Virus record (IMG/VR): IMGVR_UViG_3300012940_000058
Span: 1 to 36,310 of that record
DNA length: 36,310 bases
Strand: one strand, 5' to 3'
DNA from: a virus
Lineage: Duplodnaviria > Caudoviricetes
The notes under the pieces are model-generated. The model worked only from the letters and a program-made list of their open reading frames with translations. It was not told where the DNA came from and did not search any database. Both the position numbers and the translations under genes were made by a program. This document shows positions 8,325-17,226 of this stretch, one piece after another (position 1 is the first letter of the stretch; every line of letters starts with the position of its first letter).

Positions 8325-11300
8325 TCAGTCTTCGCCCAAAATGGCCCGCAGATCCTCGTCGCTCGTCAGCACGCGCACAGCATTGACCGTATCCGGGAGG
8401 TCCCGCAAGAACTCCGGGGAGATCACGAGGAACGTGTTGACGTTCTGCACCGTCGGCTGCGGCGCGGTCGTCATGCTCGGTGCGGAGTACCGTCCGATGT
8501 ACGGATCCGCGAGCGTCGGCACAGCCGCGTCGCCGAGGAGGCCGCTCGCCGCGCCGACATCGCCCACCATCCCCTCGATACCGCTCACGAGGCCCTCGCC
8601 GACCATCTTGCCGAGGTAGGTCGTGACCTTCGACGGCGAGGCGATCTGCAGACGCTTCGCGATCGCGCGATCGACCTGCGCCGCGATCGCGTTGGCTGCC
8701 GCCGTCACCGATCCGAGTGCTGCGTTGAGCCCGTTCGCGACGCCGAAGCCGGCAGCCGCGCCGGCATTGTATCCGTTTGCGCCCATCGATCCGGCGATCC
8801 CGCTGATGATGCCCGGCCATGTCGAGGCGTTGCTCGAGATCGCGGATCCCGCCGTCGTCATTGCGGACGACACCGACCTCGAGACACCAGACATCGCCGT
8901 GCTCGCGGTCGAGGCGAGCGCGCGGAAGTCACGCTCGCCGCCGGAGAGCGCACTCGCGAGCCTCGAGGTGAACGCCGAGCTCACCGTCGAGATCATGTTG
9001 CCGATGCCCCCGACCCAGCCACCAAGCACGCCGATCGTGGTGCTCACAAACCCGGTCGTCTTCGTGGTGGCCGTGGAGAGTGCGGTCCCATACGTCGTCA
9101 TGTGCTTGCCGACGGTCGAGATCATGGTTCCGACACCGCCGGTCCAGCCGCCGAGGACACCGATCGTGGTACCGACGAACGCGGTCGTGGCCGCCGTCGC
9201 GGTCGTGAGCTTCGTGCCGTAGGTGGTCCATGCCGTTCCGATGGTCGTCAGCATGGTCGAGATACCACCGACCCATCCGCCTAGGACACCGATGGTCGTC
9301 GCGACGAATGCGACGGTCGCGGTCGAAGCGGTGACGAGGTTGGTCGCGTACGTCGTCCAGGCGGTAGCGATCGTCGTGAGCATCGTGGTGATGCCACCAA
9401 CCCAACCCCCCATCACCCCGATCGTGGTGCTCACGAACGAAATCGTCGCGGTGCTCGCCGTGGTGATGTTCGTGCCGTAGGTCGTGAGGTTCGTCCCGAT
9501 GGTCGTCAGCATGGTCGAGATGCCGGTCGTCCATCCGCCCATCACGCCGATCGTTGTCGATACAAACCCAGTAACCGCTGCCTGCGCCGCCGCGAGCTGT
9601 GTCGTCAGTGTGCCGAGGCCGAGATCGATGCCCCCGCCGCTACTGCCATGACCGCCGCTGATGTTCGCGCCGTTCAGGCCGCCAAGGTTGAGATTACCGG
9701 CGAGCCCCTGTCGCGTGCCGCCGGCAGAGTTCTCGGGCTGCTCCTCCCAGAGGTTATCGGCCCAGCTTCCGTCGCTGCTTACACCATTCTCGCCATCCTC
9801 GGTCGCCTGGTTAGAAGACACCCATCCGACGATGGCATCCTTGATCCATCCCGCCACGTCCGAGGCGCTCGGCATATCCGGCCAATCGATCGTAGGGATT
9901 TTGCTCGTGATCGCCTCAACAAGATCGACGGCCCCAGACACCCAATCCGACCAAGGCAGCGACGTGATCTTTGCAGGGATTTGGGTGAGCAGATCCACTG
10001 CCCCAGACACCCAGTTAGACCATGGCAACGCGACGATCTTCTTCACGACCTGAGTACTCAGGTCCACCGTTCCGCTGACCCAGTCGCCCCATGGGAGAGA
10101 GGTAATCTTCTCGACCACCTTCTTCGACAGATCTACGGTTCCACTGACCCAGTCACCCCATGGGAGAGAGGTAATCTTTGCTACTACCTCAGTGGTCAGA
10201 TCCACGGCGCCGCTGATCCAATCGCTCCAAGGCAAAGCGGTGATCTTGGCCACGACCTCAGTGGCGAGATCTACGGTACCGGAAACCCAGTCACTCCAAG
10301 GGAGCTCCGCGATCTTGGCAACAACCTCAGTGGCGAGATCTACGGCCCCGCTGATCCAGTCTCCCCATGGAAGCTCGGTGATCTTGGCCACGACCTCGGT
10401 CGCTAGATCGACGGTTCCACTGACCCAGTCACTCCAAGGGAGCTCCGTGATCTTCGCCACAACTTCGGTCGCCAGATCCACAGTGCCCGAGACCCAGTCA
10501 CCCCAGGGAAGTTCAACGATCTTCTCGACGACCTTCGTCGCTAGATCGACGGTTCCACTGACCCAGTCTCCCCATGGAAGCTCGGTGATCTTCTCGACGA
10601 CCTTCGTCGTCAGGTCCACCGCGCCGGAAACCCAATCTCCCCAAGGCAGTTCCGTGATCTTCGCTACCACTTCTGTAGCCAGATCGACCGCACCAGAGAT
10701 CCAGTCACCCCAGGGCAACTCGGTGATTTTCCCCGCGATCGTGGTGGCGAGATCCACCGCGCCGCTGATCCAGTCACCCCACGGGAGGTCTGTCACCTTG
10801 TCAGCGAGCCACCCCCCGAGATCCGCGATCTTGCCGCCGATGTACGAGCCCCACTCGAGCACCGTCGCGAACGCATCCCAGGCGAGGTTGCTGATGAAAT
10901 CGCCCCAGTTGAGCGACGTCAGCGCGTCCCACGCGAGCGACAGCCCGGTGATCACCGAGCTCTTCATGCTGTCGAACGCCCCGTCGAGCGAGTCAGTCAG
11001 CCACGACCACATGTCGCTCGCTGCGCCGCCGGCCGCCTTGAGGCCAGCGATCACCAGGTCGCGAGCCTTGCTGGCGAGCGCTCCCCAATCGATCGCGTCC
11101 CACGCGTCGGTGATACCGTCCCACACCCCGTCCCACGGGATTGCCCTGATCGCATCGATGATGAGCGTCGGAATCGTGAGCGCCAGATTGCCAATCGTCG
11201 AGACCGCGCCGACGAACGCGTCCTTGAAGGCATCCCACGCACTCGACCAGTCGCCGGCCATGAGCGCAGCCATCGCCGAATACAGCGAGCTCAGTACGCC

Positions 11301-13532
11301 GAGGAACCCGCCGATCACGCCGTTGAGGCGGTCGAACGTCGAGGAGAACGCGGTGAACTTGGACTTGAGGGAGTCGATCAGGCGATCCACGCCGGTCCGC
11401 GCGATCGAGAGCAAGCTCGCCACGAACTCGTCGAGCGACGAGATGATGCCGGCGAAGCCCTTGCCGAGTGACGTGATCGCCGACTTGAGCTTGTTCAGCG
11501 CGCCGGTGTAGTTACCCGACGCGATGAGCTTGAGCGCGGAGCCGAACTGCACCGCCGCCACGCGCACCTGGCCGAACGGCCCGGCGAGCGCCTGCACGAG
11601 CTTGACCAGCGGTGGGAACTTGGCCCCGAGGCGCGTGATGTCCGCGACGAGCGTCGAGATTCCGGAGGCAAATCCCCCCGAGAATGCTCCCTGCAGGTAG
11701 CTCACGAACCGCTGCACGGATCCCACGACCGCGTCGAACGCCGGACTCAGGAGCCGGATCGCATCCTGCAGCGGCGCGAACTTGCCGACGAGGCCGCTCA
11801 CCGCGTTTCCGATGTCGTCCCAGATCGTCGCCAGGCCGGACATGAACCCGCCCGAGAACGCGGACTGCAGGTAGCCGACGAGCGTGCCGATCGCGCTGGT
11901 GATGAATCCCACGACCGAGCCGACGATCCCCTGAATGCCGAACCAGTCACGACGCCAGGCGATGCCGATCAGCGCGGCCGCGCCGATGATGAGCGCGATC
12001 GGCGAGAGGAGTGCCGCGAGCGCAGCACCGATCCCCGTGACGATCGCCGTCACCGCGCCCCACGCGAGGAACGCCGCGCCGGCGGCTGCGATGCCGCTCA
12101 CCGCGCCGATCACGTCGCCCAGGTGATCGGCGAGGAAGCCGAGCGCCGTCCCGAGCACGCCGCTGATAATGCCGGCGAGTGTCTGCACCACCTCGACGAT
12201 CGTCCCGATCCCGTCGAAGAACATGCCGACGAACTTGCCGACCTTGTCGCCGATCGCCTCGCCAAACACGGTGTTGATCGCCATCTGCAGACCGATGGCC
12301 GCCGCATCGAGGATGCCGAACGATCCGCGCAACATCTCGAAGTTGCCGATCCATTCCGGGATGACCTCGAGCACCTTGGTGACACCCTGGATCGCGCCTC
12401 GGAGCGACGGGAGGAACGCCATCGTCGCCATGATCGAGATCGTCTCGAGCGTGCCCTTGAGGTTCTCAATGTCGCCGCGCGTGTTATCGAGCCGGGCGGC
12501 CGCCTGCTCCGCCGCGACGCCGCTCTCGGTGATCGCCTCGTAGTAATCGCCCCAGGTCTTGCCGGCGGCCGCTGCTTCTTCGGACTGCGACGCGAGCAAC
12601 GCGTTCATCGCGCGGCCGCCTTCGACGCCGAACAGCGTCTCGAGCGTGGCCGCCCGCTGCGCGTCGGTCATGCCCTCCGTCGCCGCCGAGACGTCCGCGA
12701 TCAGCGTCGGAAAATCCTTGAGCTCGCCGGTCGCCGCATCCTTGAACGACAGCCCGAGCCGGTCCATTTCCTCCGCCGCCTTGGCCGTCGGGTTCGCCAG
12801 GGAGAGGAGCATGTTGTTGAGACTGGTACCGGCCATCGAGCCGACCATGCCCTGGTCCGCCATCATCGCGAGTGCGGTCGTCACGTCCTCGATCGGATAC
12901 CCGAGCGCGTTGGCGCTGGTTCCGACATACTTGAGCGACTCGCCCATCTCGAGGACGCCGGTCGCGGACTTCGCCGATGCGGCCGCGAGGAGGTCGGCTA
13001 CGCGGGACGCCTGGTCTCCCGAGATGCCGAACTGGTTCATGGCGGCGCTCATGACGGTCGCCGCGCTCGGCAGATCCACGCCGCCGGCGGCCGCGAGCGC
13101 CACGGTGGCGTCGGCCGCGCCGTCGAGGATGTTGCTCGTCGAGACGCCGGCCTTCGCCAGCTCCTCGATCGCGCTCGCCGCCTCGGTCGCGCCGAACGAC
13201 GTGTCCTTGCCGATCTGCAGCGCGAGGTCGGAGAGGCTCTTGAGCTCGGTGCCGGTCGCACCGGTGACCGCGCCGACGGCCGACATCTGCGACTCGAAGT
13301 CGAGGCCGGTGGTGAACGCCGTCTTGCCGAAATCGACGAGGTTGCTCGTGAGGTTGCCGAGAATGTTGGCGCTCAGGACGCCGCCGGCCGTCGAGGCCAT
13401 GTTCGACCAGAAGCCGCCGGACTTTTGGCTCGCCTGATCGAGCGCACCGCCGACCTGCTTGAGGTCGGTCGTGACGGTAGGCACGCCCTGCGAGTCGTAC
13501 TTGATGGATACCTGAGCGCCGGTGATGGCCAT
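8325..13532 (-). CDS. Tail tape measure protein (TP901-like N-terminal core)
   Basis: 1735 aa, Ala/Gly-rich; FESQMSAVGAVTGAT...GSMAGTSLNNML...LFGVEG core; C-terminal LQIASPSKV motif; downstream of the tail chaperones. Confidence 0.95.
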   Translation of the reverse strand: MAITGAQVSIKYDSQGVPTVTTDLKQVGGALDQASQKSGGFWSNMASTAGGVLSANILGNLTSNLVDFGKTAFTTGLDFESQMSAVGAVTGATGTELKSLSDLALQIGKDTSFGATEAASAIEELAKAGVSTSNILDGAADATVALAAAGGVDLPSAATVMSAAMNQFGISGDQASRVADLLAAASAKSATGVLEMGESLKYVGTSANALGYPIEDVTTALAMMADQGMVGSMAGTSLNNMLLSLANPTAKAAEEMDRLGLSFKDAATGELKDFPTLIADVSAATEGMTDAQRAATLETLFGVEGGRAMNALLASQSEEAAAAGKTWGDYYEAITESGVAAEQAAARLDNTRGDIENLKGTLETISIMATMAFLPSLRGAIQGVTKVLEVIPEWIGNFEMLRGSFGILDAAAIGLQMAINTVFGEAIGDKVGKFVGMFFDGIGTIVEVVQTLAGIISGVLGTALGFLADHLGDVIGAVSGIAAAGAAFLAWGAVTAIVTGIGAALAALLSPIALIIGAAALIGIAWRRDWFGIQGIVGSVVGFITSAIGTLVGYLQSAFSGGFMSGLATIWDDIGNAVSGLVGKFAPLQDAIRLLSPAFDAVVGSVQRFVSYLQGAFSGGFASGISTLVADITRLGAKFPPLVKLVQALAGPFGQVRVAAVQFGSALKLIASGNYTGALNKLKSAITSLGKGFAGIISSLDEFVASLLSIARTGVDRLIDSLKSKFTAFSSTFDRLNGVIGGFLGVLSSLYSAMAALMAGDWSSAWDAFKDAFVGAVSTIGNLALTIPTLIIDAIRAIPWDGVWDGITDAWDAIDWGALASKARDLVIAGLKAAGGAASDMWSWLTDSLDGAFDSMKSSVITGLSLAWDALTSLNWGDFISNLAWDAFATVLEWGSYIGGKIADLGGWLADKVTDLPWGDWISGAVDLATTIAGKITELPWGDWISGAVDLATEVVAKITELPWGDWVSGAVDLTTKVVEKITELPWGDWVSGTVDLATKVVEKIVELPWGDWVSGTVDLATEVVAKITELPWSDWVSGTVDLATEVVAKITELPWGDWISGAVDLATEVVAKIAELPWSDWVSGTVDLATEVVAKITALPWSDWISGAVDLTTEVVAKITSLPWGDWVSGTVDLSKKVVEKITSLPWGDWVSGTVDLSTQVVKKIVALPWSNWVSGAVDLLTQIPAKITSLPWSDWVSGAVDLVEAITSKIPTIDWPDMPSASDVAGWIKDAIVGWVSSNQATEDGENGVSSDGSWADNLWEEQPENSAGGTRQGLAGNLNLGGLNGANISGGHGSSGGGIDLGLGTLTTQLAAAQAAVTGFVSTTIGVMGGWTTGISTMLTTIGTNLTTYGTNITTASTATISFVSTTIGVMGGWVGGITTMLTTIATAWTTYATNLVTASTATVAFVATTIGVLGGWVGGISTMLTTIGTAWTTYGTKLTTATAATTAFVGTTIGVLGGWTGGVGTMISTVGKHMTTYGTALSTATTKTTGFVSTTIGVLGGWVGGIGNMISTVSSAFTSRLASALSGGERDFRALASTASTAMSGVSRSVSSAMTTAGSAISSNASTWPGIISGIAGSMGANGYNAGAAAGFGVANGLNAALGSVTAAANAIAAQVDRAIAKRLQIASPSKVTTYLGKMVGEGLVSGIEGMVGDVGAASGLLGDAAVPTLADPYIGRYSAPSMTTAPQPTVQNVNTFLVISPEFLRDLPDTVNAVRVLTSDEDLRAILGED
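8982..9566 (-). repeat. About 4.5 tandem 129-bp (43-aa) Thr/Gly-rich repeats within the TMP gene
   Basis: FVxTTIGV(M/L)GGW recurs five times; Phe codons of the first two copies at 9566 and 9437 are 129 bp apart. Confidence 0.9.
9903..10799 (-). repeat. 13 tandem 69-bp (23-aa) repeats within the TMP gene
   Basis: Unit KITELPWGDWVSGxVDLATEVVA counted 13 times; DNA period confirmed (gtggcgagat at 10261 and 10330). Confidence 0.95.
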
Positions 13533-13595
13533 GACAAAGCCCCTGACCGTGGAGTCGTGATACGACTCGCGCGCTCAGAGGCTGTCTGCGAGATG
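13533..13595 (-). promoter_or_regulatory. Conserved SD-sequestering leader hairpin, copy B
   Basis: Minus strand CAGACAGCCTCTGAGCGCG...GAGTCGT-ATC-ACGACTC...TCAGGGGCTTTGTC-ATG(TMP); same outer stem as copy A. Confidence 0.8.
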
Positions 13596-13603
13596 ATGCC
13601 TCG

Positions 13604-13609
13604 ATTATA
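13604..13609 (-). promoter_or_regulatory. Putative -10 box TATAAT upstream of the TMP leader
   Basis: Consensus TATAAT in a GC-rich sequence, in an intergenic gap just 5' of hairpin copy B; no canonical -35. Confidence 0.5.
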
Positions 13610-13612
13610 GGC

Positions 13613-13828
13613 TTAGCTGACTGGCTCCTCGCGATCCGGAAGCGGGGTCCCGTCCCGGCGGAGCCAGCGGTGGTAAATCCTGCGCGTCGGGGTCGAGCAA
13701 TACCGGCAGTGGACCTCGAAGTGGCCCGTGATCCGCTCGTCGGGCCGCCCGACGAGCACCAGGTGGATGCGTCGCGGGCATCGACACACGACGACCGGAT
13801 CCGTGAGGACCTCGACAGTGCGTGTCAT
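13613..13828 (-). CDS. Small zinc-ribbon protein, divergent Com-like regulator candidate
   Basis: 71 aa with CRC...FEVHCRYC; ATGA-coupled to the chaperone frameshift ORF; directly upstream of leader hairpin B. Confidence 0.55.
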   Translation of the reverse strand: MTRTVEVLTDPVVVCRCPRRIHLVLVGRPDERITGHFEVHCRYCSTPTRRIYHRWLRRDGTPLPDREEPVS

Positions 13829-14063
13829 CGTTGCCCCCCTTGCTGCTGTCGGCGAGCCTCAGCCTCAGCTTCCTGCACGAGGCGACTGCGCCAGATCCAC
13901 TCCATCGGCCACTCGCGGATCTCCATCGGGGAGACGCCCCAGTACCGCGCCTCCCGAATGATCCAGAAATACTCAGGGAGTGGCTCCTCGCGCCCGTAGC
14001 TGAGCTCGGTCTGGTACATGTCAGGATTCGCCAGCGCGAACGCGATCAGCTCGCGATCTCCGC
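13825..14063 (-). CDS. Tail assembly chaperone -1 frameshift extension (gpT-like part)
   Basis: The -1 frame after CCCAAAA reads SGDRELIAF...EARYWGVSPMEIREWP, resembling gpT-type segments. Confidence 0.8.
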
Positions 14064-14375
14064 TTTTGGGGCGAGCGAGTCTCCGAGGTGACTCATGATG
14101 TGCAGGAACACGCCGACCGGGAGCGCGCCGATCGTGCTGTCGTCGAGCGGCAACACCGTGCCCTCTTCGTCGGTGAGATCCCAGTCCTTCACCGCGATGA
14201 AGAAATGATCGGCGATCGCGACGATGTCCGGGTTCTTCGTCAGTTCTGCCGTACGATCCGTCCACGCGAGCGTGATCGCCGACGGATCGATGGTGAGGTT
14301 GAGCACATCTCCATCACCGAAATCGATCGCGACAGGACGTGTCTCCTGCTTGGAGATTGCACTGAGCTTGACCAT
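14046..14375 (-). CDS. Tail assembly chaperone (gpG-like)
   Basis: 109 aa, acidic, VKDWDLTDEEGTVLP motif; follows the major tail gene; slippery site near its end. Confidence 0.85.
   Translation of the reverse strand: MVKLSAISKQETRPVAIDFGDGDVLNLTIDPSAITLAWTDRTAELTKNPDIVAIADHFFIAVKDWDLTDEEGTVLPLDDSTIGALPVGVFLHIMSHLGDSLAPKAEIAS
14064..14070 (-). other. Programmed -1 frameshift slippery heptamer C CCA AAA
   Basis: X XXY YYZ pattern in the correct frame (GCC CCA AAA GCG); a -1 shift enters the ORF ending at 13825. Confidence 0.85.
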
Positions 14376-14387
14376 TTTTCCGTGCTC

Positions 14388-15383
14388 CTAGTAGCTGGCG
14401 ATCGTGTTGACGAGCGTGACCTGCTGGTACTTGCCGGTCACCGGATCCGGCACCATGAGGAAGTCGAACGGCAGCGACACCGCCGGGCTGTTCGGCGCGG
14501 TGGTGAGCTCGCCGACGTTGGTCAGGCGAGCCGCGATGTCGTACGTGAGCGAGTACGGCGTGGTGCCCTCGATGATCGGTCCATCCACCGCAAAGCGCAG
14601 GTACTTGATGGCCTCGTTATCGAACGTGCTCAGGAAGGCGGTGCCGACGGCGTCGAATCCGAGCGTCAGCGAGCCGCTGTATTCGATGTCATCGCTCTCC
14701 ATCAGCGACTCGTACCCGTCGATCGCCGAGTTGATCGGCCGGTCCGGGGTGAACTTGTCGCCGTTGGTGATGTTGCCGCTGTACGCCGCGAGCAGCTTCG
14801 TGTCGCCAAGGCCGGCCCAGGTATCGTCCGCAAAGACGTTGTAGCCACGGCTCGGGATCGGCACCGACGGAACGGTGGTGACGCCGGCGCTCGCGAGCGT
14901 CTGCGCCGCAACCTTGCGCGAGATCGCCGAGCTGGAGAACGACAGATTGCCGCGCTCGATGCCCAGCGTCAGGCCCTGGAACGCGAGGTATGCCGCCTGG
15001 AGCGCCTGCACCGAGTCGCCCCACTGCGCGGTGTACGTCACGAGCGCATCAACGGCCGCCGCGTTCGGAGCGAACACGTGCTCATACGCCCCGGTCGTAT
15101 CCTCCACCGCCGTCGTGACTGGCGGTCCGAAGATCGACGCCAGAATGAAGCCGATCGCGTTGAAGTCCTGGATACCTTCGACGTTCCACGTGCTCCACAC
15201 ATCGCCGATCTGGACGCTGGTGTTGACCTTGTAGCCGGACGCCTTGTTCTCCTGCGTGCCGTCCACGTTGTATGCCGGCGTCAGGCGGACGCCCATGAGG
15301 CGCTTCATCGCCGCCGTGACGGCCGTACCCGGCGTGGTTTCCTTCTGGATCTGCGCGACCTGACTGGTCATGCTGCGTGCCAT
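14388..15383 (-). CDS. Major tail (tube) protein
   Basis: 331 aa; N-terminal KETTPGTAV, YEHVF, C-terminal VTLVNTIASY; position before the chaperones. Confidence 0.85.
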   Translation of the reverse strand: MARSMTSQVAQIQKETTPGTAVTAAMKRLMGVRLTPAYNVDGTQENKASGYKVNTSVQIGDVWSTWNVEGIQDFNAIGFILASIFGPPVTTAVEDTTGAYEHVFAPNAAAVDALVTYTAQWGDSVQALQAAYLAFQGLTLGIERGNLSFSSSAISRKVAAQTLASAGVTTVPSVPIPSRGYNVFADDTWAGLGDTKLLAAYSGNITNGDKFTPDRPINSAIDGYESLMESDDIEYSGSLTLGFDAVGTAFLSTFDNEAIKYLRFAVDGPIIEGTTPYSLTYDIAARLTNVGELTTAPNSPAVSLPFDFLMVPDPVTGKYQQVTLVNTIASY

Positions 15384-15385
15384 CG

Positions 15386-15832
15386 TTACGCTCCCCTCGT
15401 GATCTCTACGTCGTAGATGGTGCCGAGCTGCCGATAGACATGCGTGTCCTCGAGCAGCGTGTTGATCGGGATTTCGGAATTGGCCGAGAAGTGAATGTAG
15501 TGGTGAACGCCGCCGATCTCGCGCAAGAACTGACGGCCGTGGAAGCGCTCGAGCTGTGCCTCGGTCGCGGCGAGGATCGGCTCATCCGACTCGCCCTCGC
15601 AGATAAAGCGGATCACCCAGCGCATCGTCTCGCTGGACAGATCGCCAGCGCCCTGCAGGCCGAGTGGAGCCCCATACTGGGAGAACTCCTGGTAGAACGA
15701 CCCCGCCGGCAGGTCTGCCCCGAGCGGGATGATGGTCGTGCCGAAGAGCCGTGTGCCGATCGCGGCCGTGACCGCTGCCAGTGACCCGAGCTCCTCGACG
15801 ATGATTGGGGCGACGATTCGGGATCCGAGCAT
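15386..15832 (-). CDS. Tail completion/terminator-like protein
   Basis: Start re-called at ATG 15832 (TGATG overlap), 148 aa; between the gp10-like and major tail genes. Confidence 0.65.
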   Translation of the reverse strand: MLGSRIVAPIIVEELGSLAAVTAAIGTRLFGTTIIPLGADLPAGSFYQEFSQYGAPLGLQGAGDLSSETMRWVIRFICEGESDEPILAATEAQLERFHGRQFLREIGGVHHYIHFSANSEIPINTLLEDTHVYRQLGTIYDVEITRGA

Positions 15833-16170
15833 CAGAGCAACGCCTCCAACTTCGCGAGCTGCGCGAGGTAATTCGGCGTCACCTTGTCGGCCGCCGGCTG
15901 CGCGAACGGCTGCGCGGCCATCCGCGCGGTGCCGTACTCCTGGGACACGCCGTATTCCTGATTCCAGGTCACCGACGCCTCGAAGTTGCCGCTCGTTGCG
16001 AATGCGAGCGTCTTGTTCGCACGCAGGAGACCCGTATCGACCGGCGTGATCTTGTCGGCGGCGTAGACGGTCGAGAGGAGCGCCTGGTTCATCAGGTAGG
16101 CAACCCGGTCCGGAAACCGCGCCGCAAGTCGGGGGAACTGGTTCTTTTTCACTTGGAGAAAGGCTCTCAT
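15832..16170 (-). CDS. HK97 gp10-like tail component
   Basis: TPVDTGLLRA and EYGTARMAAQPFAQPA signature motifs. Confidence 0.85.
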   Translation of the reverse strand: MRAFLQVKKNQFPRLAARFPDRVAYLMNQALLSTVYAADKITPVDTGLLRANKTLAFATSGNFEASVTWNQEYGVSQEYGTARMAAQPFAQPAADKVTPNYLAQLAKLEALL

Positions 16171-16547
16171 CAGTCCTCCTCAATGAGCTGGACGACCGTG
16201 AAGATCCCCCAGTCCCCGCCCCGCTTGACGTCCCGAACCGAGAAGCTCCGCCCGTTGATCACAAGCGTGTCGGTGACGGTGACGCTCGACGTGATCGGGA
16301 GGCTCGCCTGGTAGCTCGTGAGCTTGAGCGCGAGATCCGACACGAGCGTCGCGCCGCCCGACGTCGCATTGGAGACGGTGAGCATGCACTTGCCGGACTC
16401 GATCTCGGTCTGCGTCTCGGTCCGACCGCCCCGGCCGTCGCTGACGTATGCAGTGCGGAGCACGCTGTAGTCGTCGCTGTGCAGGTTCTCCGCCAGCTCC
16501 GCTCGCGCCTCCGCCCACACCTCGTCAAGCTCGTCAGCGGCCGTCAT
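16170..16547 (-). CDS. Head closure / head-tail joining protein
   Basis: Start re-called at ATG 16547 (TGATG overlap); SDGRGGRTET and DTLVINGRSFSV motifs. Confidence 0.7.
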   Translation of the reverse strand: MTAADELDEVWAEARAELAENLHSDDYSVLRTAYVSDGRGGRTETQTEIESGKCMLTVSNATSGGATLVSDLALKLTSYQASLPITSSVTVTDTLVINGRSFSVRDVKRGGDWGIFTVVQLIEED

Positions 16548-16930
16548 CACCACCCCTCCGTCAGATAGTTCGACCGGATCGTGATCGGCTCGCCGAGCTC
16601 GCCGTCCGCCCCCGTGAGCGTCGATCCATCCACCGACGCCGTGCCGTTGCGATACGAGGCCGCCATCTGCTGGCAGTACGTAAACCAGTCGGATCGCTTG
16701 AGGTAGACGCCGGACCCACCTCCGATGTCGTACTTGTCGGCCGTCAGCGCAGCCTTCCACGACCAGCCGGTCGCTGCGACCCGATCGAGCGCTTCGCTCG
16801 AGTACGTGCCATCAGCGCCCTCGGCGAGGCCGACCAGGATCGTGAGCTGCGCTTCGGTGAGCGCCGGCTTGCCGCCGAGCGCGTTCTCGAGGAGCGTGAG
16901 GACCTGGCCGGCGTCGCTGTAGCTGGTCAC
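16547..16930 (-). CDS. Head-tail adaptor-like protein
   Basis: 127 aa, helical, AATGWSWKAA motif; gene order. Confidence 0.6.
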   Translation of the reverse strand: MTSYSDAGQVLTLLENALGGKPALTEAQLTILVGLAEGADGTYSSEALDRVAATGWSWKAALTADKYDIGGGSGVYLKRSDWFTYCQQMAASYRNGTASVDGSTLTGADGELGEPITIRSNYLTEGW

Positions 16931-17226
16931 TCGGCCGCCTGCGCTTCCTTGATCGCCGCCAGGACCACAGCCTTGTTGGGCAGGGTTTCGGGCGACTCAA
17001 TGCCGAGCGAGGCCGCGAGCTGATTGAGCTCCTCGCGAGAGAGGCGACTCGGATCGGCATCAGGCTGCTCATCGGTGATCGGCTCCGGGATCAGCTCCTC
17101 GAGGGACGTGCCGTCCTGATACCGGACGATCGTGGCGTCAGGATGCAGCTTGAGCGCCGCCTCCCGACTCGCGAATCCGTACTCCTCGCCGTTATCCAGG
17201 CGAGCGACGATCGGCTTGCTCATCAA
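16927..17226 (-). CDS. Hypothetical protein with C-terminal Rho-N/HeH-like domain
   Basis: LSREELNQLAASLGIE...NKAVVLAAI. Confidence 0.6.
   Translation of the reverse strand: MMSKPIVARLDNGEEYGFASREAALKLHPDATIVRYQDGTSLEELIPEPITDEQPDADPSRLSREELNQLAASLGIESPETLPNKAVVLAAIKEAQAAE

Noticed and set aside
9903-10799. 69-bp periodic array as a possible CRISPR array
   Set aside because: The whole unit is degenerate and in frame within the TMP gene; there is no constant repeat with unique spacers and no cas gene.
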